A DNA stretch of 54,960 bases from Phoronis australis (taxonomy: Eukaryota > Animalia > Phoronida), in the NCBI GenBank assembly GCA_002633005.1, contig NMRA01000125.1, forward strand, positions 199,624-254,583, in the 5' to 3' direction. The position numbers were made by a program, and so were the translations under genes. This document shows positions 14,101-25,706 of the stretch, one piece after another. Position 1 is the first letter of the stretch. Every line of letters begins with the position of its first letter. The notes below the pieces were generated by a model. It did not search any database. It was not told where the DNA came from and worked only from the letters and a program-made list of their open reading frames with translations.

Positions 14101-16163
14101 TTTTTGTGTTATGAAAACAACAAGCTTGCTGACCACGTTTTGTGCTATGATAACAACAAGCATCCTCATCACATTTTGTTTGTAAAAACAACAACCATGC
14201 TGGCCACATTTTGTGTTAATATGAAAACAACAAGCATGCTCACCACATTTTGTTTTGTAAAAATAACAACCATGCTGGGCACATTTTGTGTTATGATAAC
14301 AACAAGCATGCTGCCCACATTTTGTTTTATGAAAACAACAAGCTTGCTGGCCACATTTTGTGTTTAGCTCTTACAAAATTGGCTTGTTGATAACCAAAAC
14401 CGCGACTGAATTGCATTACTCAACTACAACAGTTTTCAAAAAAGTCGACCATATCTCTTCTCATAAAATATCGCCAAAATTTTGCAGCAAATTTTTTTGT
14501 TTAATTTTCAAATAATTCTGTGCGGCATTATTTTTGTACATTACCTTTCTGGGTTTTTGTTGAAATTTGGGTTTTTTTGAAAGCTTCTTTATTATAGCGT
14601 GATGCAGTTGCCTTTAAGTTACTACATCCTGGTTGTCGAATGAGTATTCACATCACAATACCTGTATGCTAGTCTATATGAAGGCTTTACTACTTCACTG
14701 TTGTGTGCACCGGCACTGCTTTGTCCATTTTGTTAGCACGGGCATTGTCTCATTTGCATGCGTGCCTGTCACTAGCCAATCACAAGACTAGTATTGCTTC
14801 ATTTGCATGCGTGCCAACCTCTAAAAAGATGCTTCCGTTCCGTGAATATTCATTGATTAAGTAGGACGTTTTGCTTTGTTTCGTTATGCTTTAATTTTGT
14901 TTCCCGCATGTTCAGTTCAGCGATGTCTTCAGCCCGTCCACACCCTCACCCTACGCGTCGCCGCAGGTGATGAGAATCTATAAGAAGAAAGTCCAGGTAG
15001 GTTTGCAACAAAGGCATGGTAAGCGTCGACTTGCCCTGTGCTTACTGAATGCATGTACACCGAACCATCTCGAGCCACGTTCCCCTTGTGAAGCATTATG
15101 TAACCGGCATACATCCTAATATTTTGTGCTTGTAAAATCAACCAAAAATTATAAAATTTGTGCTGTGTTTCCTTCTCTACTTATGCTTCTCTGCTCAGTA
15201 AGTCTAAAATAGTTTTGTCTGCTTTTCTTCTAACTTCGATTATTTTTACTTCCTTCATGACTTGTTGTCAGTTGTTCATCAGAAGCATTTACAAGGGGTC
15301 GCGTTTTTGCACTTTTCTTTCAAACTAATCCAAATGTTTGTGTGGTAATATTGCATTTATGATACCTGCATCTTGTTAATTTTCTCCACAGTCCACTACC
15401 GCCTCGCCCGTCCGTGTGATCGACCTTAGCAAGGCTACCAACAGTCCCCTGTCGAAGCGTGCTGCCTCTACACCCTTACCTAGCTCCATCGCTGACAAGA
15501 CCATCCTGCGATCAAACTCAGACGACCGCCTGAAGGTCACAGGTCATGCCCCGCTCATTAAGCGTCCGATGATGGTGACACCGGACTCGCTGAAACCTCG
15601 CAAAGACAAGGATTCTAAATTTGTCTCGCCCATCTCTTTCTCTATGAAGGGAGTGGCCAAGCATGTACAGGTAAACTATGATTTATGTTATTGTCTTTTT
15701 GCTTAAAACAATTACTCATGAAAGGGTCATATACGAAACTTACACCGACAATCTGCGAGACTGTTCTTACGTGTTTTTACCACTTCCCAGAAAAGCATCT
15801 GTAGCAGTCGTAAAAGTTGTTTAAGGACTGACTGCAGACAAAAATGTGTGCCAGTTGCCCAACAATAGTAATTGTCAAAAACACAGTCACACGGCATTCA
15901 CAGGAACTGTATCCAAACTCTTGGCTATTTTTGGCCCAGATTTCATCCAAAGCTTTTAATTCAGTAAAGGATTCCAAATGAAAGTCTTGATTCCTGTTTT
16001 TCCTATTGTGTGTGTGCATGTAGTTCCAAGCTGTTAGAACAGAAACAATTGTCTCCCATGTCAGTAGGACTGGAATTTCTCTTCTTGTGTATCTTTCTTT
16101 AATTATCTCCTTAAATCTTCCAAAATGTATTTATTGCAGTCCGAGAATGCCGTATTTGTCTGA
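2159..16163 (+). CDS. ARHGAP19: Rho GTPase-activating protein 19-like (RhoGAP), multi-exon
   Basis: Phase-consistent GT-AG exons: 2159-2369, 3611-3706, 4228-4437, 5182-5369, 6503-6589, 7476-7601, 11305-11466, 12356-12433, 13354-13443, optional 14916-14996 (or -14966), 15392-15670, 16140-16163 (TGA). About 543 aa with the optional exon. RhoGAP motifs: EGLFRKTGN (arginine finger), DCASTLKNYLGELCEPLL, LQLLFLLLPSINRELL and NKMSADALGTMFAPQIL. ARHGAP19-type segments: LCRMHLSF and ALAQLYAHVQSMPESAKKRKLLKQFN, recalled as similar to the vertebrate HDMPESAKKKQL. Confidence 0.9.
6905..7095 (-). mobile_element. Possible SINE body fragment (Deu/Nin-domain-like)
   Basis: Minus strand GGATCACCCACACGACTCATTTTTGGAGTTAGGAGTGTTAAC resembles the recalled DeuSINE core (GATCCC..CAC..GAGTAGGGGTGTTAAC). 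Judged by eye only. Confidence 0.3.
8482..8556. mobile_element. Short TA-flanked MITE
   Basis: TA|CAGGGGT...ACCCCTG|TA termini with an internal inverted GAACCAGTTT/AAACTGGTTC. A related inverted copy lies at ~4511-4565. Confidence 0.6.
10776..10926. mobile_element. Tc1/mariner(pogo)-type MITE
   Basis: TA|CCGTAAACATTCGG ... CCGAACGTTTACGG|TA terminal inverted repeats with TA target duplication; internal TTAACCGCCCA repeated three times plus one variant. Confidence 0.75.
13961..14366. repeat. 36-bp minisatellite, about 11 copies (ARHGAP19 intron)
   Basis: Unit GTTATGAAAACAACAAGCATGCTGGCCACATTTTGT in tandem. It explains the five overlapping repetitive ORFs in the track. Confidence 0.95.
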
Positions 16164-17061
16164 ACTGAAATGGTTTGTAAATTCTTCTAGTATGTAAACG
16201 CTGACACTGTTTAGTAGTTATATCTTATAAGATCGAATTGACGTAAAATCTCACTAGTTTAGGGCACAATGCGGCGGACATGTTTAATGTTTTCGTTGTA
16301 GTTAAGTGCACCAGTACTCAACTTCTAAAAACCACAGACACCTTCAGATAAAGTTTTGGGAAATTGTGGGCATTCACAAATGTGAGAAGCCTCTAGAAAA
16401 TTTCCGAAGTTCAGTTTTGGCATTTTGTTTTGCCTAAAACTGGTGAGGTTTTACCTTAGTTGTGTTTCTGAATGCACAGAGGGTATTCTGCATGCTTTAT
16501 CCAATCACAAGCTGCGATATCATCACATGTAACTAGCAATCAAAGAAAGTTTAATTTAAGTCACCAGGAAGTGGGCTTTTGTAACAAAATTGATCTCATT
16601 TGGCATTCATGGGGCCTTGCAAACAGTAGACTGGAAGTTTAGTAAATTTATTTCACTCCAGTATTCGTCTGTAATTACTGACATTTTCAAAAAAGAATAA
16701 ATTAAAACCCACTCTGGAAGTCAGTAGTCAGCATACACTTAATGTGTGAAATACAGTCTGTTAAATGCAAGCATGAAACACATTTTGCTATTCAGATTAT
16801 GCTATGCGTGTGTGTTTCAATGTCACCTCCCAATAGTTTCATGGTTTACCATAGTGGGGATGTGCGGTGAATGCTTCAGTCCTGTGTATCTGAATTCTTG
16901 CCAAGCCATCTTGTTTGCAAATACAGGCTGTTGTATTTTACTGACAACGCAGTTTTTGAACTGACTTAGAGTATGTTTGCCGGATTTCTGTCAAATTTAT
17001 GTCAGTTACAATGTTTTTATTTAAGTGAATAGTAACATAGTGCCCAACATAGCCCTCATGG

Positions 17062-17176
17062 CTGTGCAGTGCCTTCTTGAGGGTTGACAGGTGCAAGGGT
17101 TTGTACTCGATGCAAGCCCTGTGCAGTGCCTTCTTAAGGGTTGACAGGTACAAGGGTTTTTACTTGATGCAAGCCC
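17062..17176. repeat. Tandem duplication, ~57 bp x2
   Basis: CTGTGCAGTGCCTTCTT(G/A)AGGGTTGACAGGT(G/A)CAAGGGTTT(G/T)TACT(C/T)GATGCAAGCCC occurs twice. Confidence 0.9.
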
Positions 17177-18212
17177 AGAAACATTGTCCTAAAACCTTAA
17201 AGTTAGATTTCTTTAATTTGTCTTCCATGGTATAATGCTCAACCATGTTCCGGCTATATGGTTTATCTTAACTCCATAGTTATGTAATCAACAATTTTGG
17301 GAGAGTTGAAACACGTATGCAACACGCAATCTGACTTCTTGAGGGTCTTGGTGTTTGGTAGCTATTAGATGATGACCATTATCATTCATAAAGTTAATTT
17401 ACTAAATGTGAAAAATATAAATCACAAAACATCTGGAATCTTAATGAATTACTGACTCTGTGCAGCTGCCTGGCTCCTTCTACACCAGGTTGATGACACA
17501 TTCATTTATGGAAGCAGACGTGAGGGTGTTAGCCAGAGATAATGTTCATGGTCCGAGTGGGTTGTCAGAAAGGCTGTGTGGGTGAAAACCAAGAGTCTTT
17601 TGAATAGGAGGGATGAGATTTAAGTTGTCTGACTCATGTACCAGGAGCCTGCAATTGTAAAGAAACACCGCCAGAGGGCGACGCAATTTTTTCAGGAACC
17701 AATCAGTCATCAAACACCCGTTAGAAGGAGTCGTGTGTCTCCGCAACGAGGAAAATATTTCAGTAAGTTTCCAGAAGTTTTGTGGCTTACTTTTTTCCAC
17801 CGTTAGTAGCAATTCTGCAGGCAAGGACATTTGAACTAGCGCAGCCTAGTGGGAACCTAACTTACTAACCTGTGTGAATAAGAACTAGGTGGCTGAGAGG
17901 ATTGTGTATACTGAACATGTAACGCTGAAGTAATTATAGCAAATGTCTTGAGCTCTACTCATATGTCATCTTAATACAGGGTTATTGGCAATTTTCTGTC
18001 TGTTCACTCCGTCAGTTAATCTTCAACATGGTCACGGAGTACAACGACTTTTCTTTGGTTTTGGGTTAATAACTGAGAAACCTTCGATTTTCATTGGCCA
18101 TTAAATCTTTTGTTTCATTTGGCTTCCAACATCTTTCAATGAAATAGACTTTTCAAAGATGTGTTTGTAGTAACCTGAAGCAGTGGCTAGGTGCATAAGT
18201 CCTTGATTTAGA

Positions 18213-18598
18213 CTGGGTTCTGTTTCATGAAAAGCGACTTAGAATTGAGGCATAATTTGGTCTTACCCTCCACATAACTATTTCTGACAAATTATCAGAT
18301 TTCACAAGAACAAAAGTGCAAAAGATCAGAGAATACACTCATAACTATGAGACTTTTTGCTTTTGCCCTATAAGTATCAAAACCGAATAATAAGCGCTGT
18401 GGTTAGAAACTTCATCTTTACGACGTTTCACCTTTTTTGACACTCATAGCTGCTACTTACTGGCAGAGTTTGTTCTTTCTAGGTTTTGATGTGCTAGTAA
18501 TTAGTTGGCTAAACCTTAATTTAGTAACTATGACCTGGGATCATAAGACCAAATTTCTGACTTAAGTCTTCAGTTACTTTTCATGAAACAGGTCCTTG
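18213..18598. mobile_element. MITE with inverted termini in probable ARHGAP19 3' UTR
   Basis: Perfect 15-bp inverted repeat CTGTTTCATGAAAAG (18220-18234 / 18577-18591) plus an inner AATTTGGTCTTA/TAAGACCAAATT pair. Related termini occur near 11151 and 34135. Confidence 0.7.
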
Positions 18599-20101
18599 GG
18601 TTCTATATTATAGAAAAGGGCTTAGTTCAACGCAGTGGTGTTGACTACATTTTCAGATCTTTTGTGTTGGTCTTTGCCTACTTCAAAACTGCAAAAATGT
18701 GGGTGCAAGTCACCACATTAGTTTAGCATTTCCATTACAGCTACCTAAACAAAGCCTCTTAACTTCTGGCAAAATCTGAAATTTACATGCATTGGGTTAC
18801 TGGAAAGCCATCCCTAAATCCTATTGAAAATGAAAAATTTTGTTGTGCGCTGTCAGTTTGGGGTTTTATTGCCTTTAACTTTTATTTTCCAGTTTACTGA
18901 TTTTCTTAACTCGGTGTGAATTCCTCAGATTTTAGCATTTTGGTAACATTTTCCTGTAATGTTGTATTTTGATGCCCATAGTGTTTTATGATCGACATAT
19001 GTCCCGAATAATATATAAATGATACATGCGTCACAAGATAGTTACTAGAGATGAAAAGGAGACTGAGGTAGAAGATACAAGGTCATTTATTGTGACGAAT
19101 ACAATTACAAGTACTGGATAGAGAATACAAATTAAATAAAATAAAAAAATGATAATCTCTGGTAAAATGGGCAATAAAAACGCCACAAGAGATGTTGTAA
19201 GACAGCCCATGCCCATATGTGACTGAAATAAGGGGGAAATTGTGGATTCAAACACTTCATTATTGATGTGTTTCAGCTCAATAGCAGCTCCACAATTTGA
19301 CTAAGGTCATGGTGACGAGATCCTGTCACCCGAAGTCAGAAATTTTGTCTAATGCTCCATACATTTATTTCCAAAAAGTAACTTTAGTTTCAATGCATCG
19401 GAGTGCAAAGTCTGAGAATCAATTCAGATTAGATAAGTAATTGTATATTAAGTCATTTTGTTGAACTATGACCTCCTGACACCTTCATTGGAAAATCTTT
19501 TTTTTTTACAGTTGTTCTGAACAGCGAAATGCTTGAATGTGTAAAACCAAATTTCTGGGAAACTGAGAAATTGGAGTAATTATTTGTCTATTCACTGTTT
19601 TTTTTTGATATTACCTCTCGTTTGATTAATAAAAATTTGTGGTTTTAATATTGAATGTCATTGAAGTATTACAGTAATTAAATTCATTTTCCATCATGAC
19701 TGAAATTTCATGCTATCCATAAGCTTTCCGGCGCTCGAAAACCAATGCATTGAATGAAATGGATTTATGGTTCGACCGCTAGTTTGTTTCACCACGACAC
19801 CCATTGATGACAGACACTGTGTCGTGTCAGTAGCTCATTATAGACAGATTCCCGTGCAGGGTTATTGGTTGCAAAAGCATGCCTAGAGTTTATTCATGTG
19901 TTATGAATGCATCGTTTCAATCATGGCAGGCTTTGAACATTTCATTAGTCTAATGCTTCTGGGGTAGTTTGGAGTGTCAGTTTATGAAATAAAATACTGA
20001 ATAATTGACTTTGCCATTATTTTCACACTTAGTTAAAAATTGACACCAAATGTGTCTGTACTAGCTCTAATTGCCTGTGATCTGGATTGTGTATTGCTGC
20101 G

Positions 20102-20107
20102 AATAAA
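20102..20107 (+). terminator. Candidate distal poly(A) signal of ARHGAP19
   Basis: AATAAA at the end of a ~4-kb UTR-like stretch. Alternative AATAAA hexamers lie at 16696, ~19135, ~19628 and 19988. Confidence 0.3.
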
Positions 20108-21135
20108 GCACATATTTGATAGCTGGCAAGCTTGTTTGCAGTCTGTTAATCTTAATTAGAGTCATGCCTTTTGGTTTTAATACCATGATGATATTTATCG
20201 TAATCTATTTTGCCCGGGGTACGCCACGAGCTATGTTGCAGAGTAAAACAAGAGGAGGATTGGGAATATTTGTCATTTATTATGACGTAATAGATAAAAC
20301 TAACTAAGACTCTGCAAGATGGGCATGCACAAAACTCCATAATGGCAGCACGGGAATGCTGACATCGCCCATCCGAGGAAGCGAAACCCGGGCAATAACA
20401 AGGTTAGACTATGATAAAATATAGGTACTTAACAGGATAACAGCAAATTAGAATACATAAGGTAGAATATAAAAAAACAAGAATAAAAACAAGAACATAA
20501 CGAAATGGAAGTAAAGTTAACTAGAACTAATTTAGCAATATTGTCCAAGAAAGGGGATAGCACCTGCTGTAAAGTCACAATGTTCATCTTGTCATGTTAG
20601 GCTACTCTCAATGTCATATGTATTGATTGGCAGTGAAAATGAAATTATCTGATGCCTTTTACTTAAAGGGTCAGGATACCTTTTTGGTCAATTTGTCATA
20701 TTTAGTAAAAAAAGGTATTTAGAATCTTTCTAGTCAATTTCTATAAAAAGAAACTACCGGTAATACAAATATACGTTTCTCCAACCTGAAGTGTTGAGCC
20801 AGTGAGCAAGGTCTGAAAACATCGGCCATTCTGAGTAAGATGTGTTCCCTCACCTGTCAGTTCTGATAAGTGTCGGCAAAGGCTGAGATGTACGTAGATT
20901 TTCAGTCCCACCCCGTTACGTAACAATTTGTCTTTGACTTGTAAGATGATGCCAGAAACAGGTATTAAAATTGATATTTCAGCCAGTTACAGTGTTTGGT
21001 TGCTTTAACAGCATCATAACTCTGCTTTGGAGAATTGTTGTTTTTACAAAAATCAACTGAAAAGTTCCACCATTCATTTTGGAGTAAGACATGTCAGTTT
21101 GACCAAAAACATTTTTAAAAGGGTAAGATTCACGT

Positions 21136-21881
21136 CAGGGCTTTATCCAGGATTTCGAAAATAGGGTGTCCAAAATGGGGTTCCCAATATTCCAGGGCAT
21201 CCATGTTTCCAACGAGGCGTTACCCCCACTCCCCACCACCATTCACCAGTAACCCCCCTCCCCCCACACGCAGAGAGGTTTTTACAAAAAGTGCGTTGAA
21301 CAAGGCTTTTACATGTAAGTTTACAAAAACAGCTCTCTTGTAGTGATCTTTTTATTAAAAAAACTGTGGATCAAGACTTTTATGTCTAAATTTACGAAAA
21401 TAGCTAACCAAACGGGTATTACAGATATTACAGATTTTGGTTGAACAATGAGTGCAAATTGCTGTTATAAAGTTTATCATATCATCTTAACTAGCTTTAT
21501 ATTATGTACAATGAGTCATCAAAGCTGCAGTTACCAACGCAAAAAATGCACAGATGTTGCTAAGATGTTTATGGCAGACACTCTGGCAACCAAATAGGTG
21601 CTTATGATTGACAGGTCTACTAAATACTTTGAAAATAGTTTGAACATAGTAACATTTTACATACATTTTATGTACATTGTATATTTATTTCTGAGTTGAA
21701 AGGCCCAACTTCTCTCTTTGATTAACTGGGAGTCCTAGTAATCTTACAATGTGGGTGTCCAAAGGAGAAATTCTGATTGACAGGGTGTCCAAATGATACA
21801 TTGGGCGTCCTTGCCAGGGCGTCCAGATTAGTGCTAGGGCGTCCAAATGGACGGCCAGGACGTACTCTGCATGAAGGCCTG
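21136..21881. mobile_element. Non-autonomous hAT-type DNA transposon
   Basis: Imperfect TIRs CAGGGCTTTATCCAG / CTGCATGAAGGCCTG, a perfect 8-bp target-site duplication ATTCACGT (21128-21135 and 21882-21889), and subterminal GGG(T/C)GTCC repeats. Confidence 0.9.
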
Positions 21882-21953
21882 ATTCACGTTTGATAACAGC
21901 GTAAGCAGCGCTTGGTGCATTCTCTAAGTAGCAAGGTATCAGAGAGGTTTAGA

Positions 21954-22076
21954 TATAGATAGAAGCCTGGGGTACGTATAGATAGAAGCCTGGGGTATGT
22001 ATAGATAGAAGCCTGGGGTACGTATAGATAGAAGCCTGGGCTGGGGTACGTATAGATAGAAGTCTGGGGTATACGT
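21954..22076. repeat. 23-bp minisatellite, about 5 copies
   Basis: Unit TATAGATAGAAGCCTGGGGTACG in tandem. Confidence 0.9.
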
Positions 22077-25000
22077 TTGGCAGATGGCATTTTGGGGGTC
22101 AAAAGTCAAATCCAAATATACACACCTAGGTAAATTATTATATTTGTCCGTCCAGCTATTATCACTTTTGATGTCAAATTACATTCAAACTGTCACTGCT
22201 TTTATTCATTAAGTAGATTTTTTTATTTTATCAATGTTTTCGTTGCTGGTTTTTTGTTCTTATTATTTTGATAAGTATTGTTATTAATGTTGTTATTGTC
22301 AATGTGATAATTGTCGTCACTGCTAAGAGCACTGTCTGTACTACTACCACTAACACTAATCTGGTCAAAATTCTCTAATTTGGACAGACTTTATAATTTG
22401 GGGCGGCTGAAATTCCAGCAGAATTGGAATTCTCTTGATTCTGAGGATCGGGACTTGATTGATTTTGGCATTCATCTTATTTCTCAAATATTACTACCAC
22501 TACTATCATTTTCACCACCACCACCACTATTATTTTTGTGGAAGCAAAAAGTACAATTAAATGCTCCAAATAAAATCTCTACTATAAAAATGATTCTCAA
22601 ACTTCGTCACCGTTAAACATTTCATTTGTGTTTTCCCCAACAGTTTGCACTCCACTCAAACTGAATGTCGCTCGAAATACATTATCTTATTTTCTGTCTT
22701 GCATTTTCCTTGATATGCACACAAATACCACTACACACTTTCGCAGTTGATGAGCATTTATTTTTGAAATCACTTGGAGAAAAGAATCCTCCGGTGCATA
22801 TTATAATTGATGGGGCCTGTCGATGTACAGGACCTGTAACCAGATTATGGGCCATGATCACCTGTTTTTACCGGAGACTCGACTCAACACTCAATTGACC
22901 AATCACAATGCGGGAGAACAAGTTTTGTCTTGGAATCGGTGAAGATGGATTTATTACGTAATAAACACTAGGTGGTGCAGACAGAAGCTGCTAAATATGT
23001 CTTTGATAACCCTTGTTTCACATACTGCCTCGTTTCTTACTGTTTCAGAGCTGCTCTCAGGTGTTTTAGAGTAATTAAGGTACAACTGGTTATGGTTTGA
23101 TATTGTTATGGTTATCCACGTCACTTTGTTCTATATTGTGTTTTTTTTTAATAACTGAGCTTGATATATTACGTGCAAGGGTTGTAAGTAAATAAATTCA
23201 CCCATGAGTACTTTGGATAAAAGTGACAATCGAAATTGAATCTATGTTTTCTATATTTTCCTATACATACTCAAAACTTTCGCTATTTGTTGTTTTATGA
23301 CACCTTTCTAGTACAAATCTTGCGTAATGACAATTTCTGATTCAGAATTTTAACAAGATAAATTGGCACTTTTCATCCGTGACGTAGTGTGTTCCAAATT
23401 GGTGAACCATAGGCAACCCTTGCGTTGTAATGGAACACGGCTCTTGCACTTTCAGTACATGCCAGACATAATCGGACTAAATGACCCAAAGTTTCCGGTC
23501 TTGCCGAGGGCAAGCAAAATATTATTCGTCATTACGACTGAGTGCAAATGGAAGTTCATCACCGTCATAGTACCTAGAATGACCTGTTACGACAGGGAAA
23601 TTGTTTTGCCTGATTAGTTTTGGCGTGTACTAGTAGTCTATGACCAAGTGCTATGGCAAGCTTAACTCATATGGTGACAGTTCTCTGAGCTTTTATTTTT
23701 CTCTGCAGTTATTAGATACAGGATTACAGTGTTCACTTGAAATCAATTTGCTTCTTGATACCTGCAGAGTAGCTGTAGGATGTTAATCCTGACTGCCTCT
23801 TGCATATTCTCTTGCTAGCGAATTATCTTACCAGGAAAACTTTACTGTACTTCCAAGTTCAGGGCTGAGAAATGATTCATAGTGGTGAATACTCTGACCA
23901 GGTTCCTAAATCCAATGACTGTGTGCTATGAAGCTTTGTCTACACATTGGCTTTTATGTATATACAGCCCAGTCTCATCACAAAGAATCCTCTTCATAAT
24001 GTTTGCTTTGCTTGTGTAACGTTCCATTCCTTAGGTTACACTTTTCTCTAATGCCATGACAGCATTTTCCGGGTTGATCCCAGCTTGTTCGATTCTATAG
24101 CCCAGCAACAACATGGGAAGATGACCCCTGCAGCCAATGTCTTATACGACTGATTAACTCCATTCTGGCAGTTATGATTGGGGGGCCAGCTCTCTTTTGT
24201 TTGATAATTGCTCTAATCTCCAATAAGATCCTCTCTAGCCTGACTGAGCTGTGCTGTTAAAAACGAAAGTTAAGTTACAGCATATTTGAACATAAACCAA
24301 TAGCATTTCTGAATTTCTCGGCAAATGCTGATCATGTTTAGTTTTTGAGTCGCTAAAATCGCCCAACTGCAACCGAAGTTGGGACAATCTATTCTTTCCA
24401 AACATACCAATTCGCTCTGGGTTTGACTGTGTTCTCATGTGATTTGTAATAAGCCTGGCAGATAATTGACCTGCCTGTTGTCATACCAGACAAAAGATTG
24501 TGCTTGACAGTTACCAATGGAGCTAGATGTTATCACACGCTCACAACCCTCTACATCTGGTAAAGTCGCTGAACGGGAGCACACCGTAATGCAAAATACC
24601 TTTCCTATGCTTTGTTTTTAACAAACACGGATCCATGGATCACTTGGTTATAAGTCCCAGTGCTTAACTCTACAGGAAAGCAGCGCATGCGAGTCTAAAA
24701 ACTGATCACACGCTGACTCCTCGAATTCATATCTGTGCACAACGAGTTACGCACAAGCATGTGATTTGTTGCACGTGGTTGGACAGTCTTACATATGAAA
24801 AAAATGATGAGAGTAACAGTTTTACGTTTTTTATTTTCTCTACAAAGTCAGTTAATTTGGTTACAGCGCACCTCGGTTGTAATGATCGTTTTCAATGGAT
24901 GTTTGTTTGCCTGTATTCGACTAACAGGAGAGCACAGATAGATGTTCCCGCACGACTTTTCGAGTTACAAAGTTGTGCACGACAATCGGTTCAAAAGTCC

Positions 25001-25565
25001 TGTAAAAAGTCAGTAACAAAAAATCAGGGTGTATGTAGACAAGATAGCTGATATCATGTCTGGATCTATAAACACCAGCTGGATTTGTTGTATTTAGTTA
25101 ATTAACTCTAAACACTGTCTATCATTTTCTTCAGCCAGACATGTCGCGACTCAAGTGTTCGCTTGTTGTTCAGTGCTGTGTTTGGTGCCTTTACCGTGTC
25201 TCCACCCTGAACACCAAATGGCATATATTGTGCTGTTGTCATGTCTCTTGCTTTGGTCACTGCATTATTATTTTCAAACTTGACCACATGGCTATGAAGG
25301 CTTTTGCCTCAAACATTTAAACTTATCAACGTCAAGTTTTCTACACCATGACCATCACTTGGACTTCTGGTTCATGGGTTCACTTCAACCACAGAGGCTT
25401 TTAAGAAATTATCCTTTAATTTAAGGATAATTTGCAATGGTCATGAAGTCAATAGTCAAAATATCCACTGGCAGCCTTTTTATGTGAATAGATCTTTTTA
25501 CATCATGCTGAGAGCTCATTCAACAGAAATATTGGGTCAAATGGTTTAGAGTTATTCTGATCACG

Positions 25566-25706
25566 GTCTTGTTGCTTACTAGTGCTACTAATGCATTGTG
25601 ATGTTCATTTGGTGTTTTGGTTGCCGGTTAGTGAGCCGTCTTGTTGCTTACTAGTGCTACTAATGCATTGTGATGTTCATTTGGTGTTTTGGTTGCTGGT
25701 TAGTGA
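25566..25706. repeat. Tandem duplication, ~72 bp x2
   Basis: GTCTTGTTGCTTACTAGTGCTACTAATGCATTGTGATGTTCATTTGGTGTTTTGGTTGC(C/T)GGTTAGTGA occurs twice, nearly identical. Confidence 0.9.

Noticed and set aside
13760-14367. Cys/His-rich repetitive ORFs (HACCFHNTKCG repeats) resembling metallothionein or zinc fingers, or a CRISPR-like 36-bp periodicity
   Set aside because: They arise from a 36-bp intronic minisatellite whose unit length is divisible by 3. Units are directly adjacent with no unique spacers, there are no cas genes, and the context is eukaryotic.
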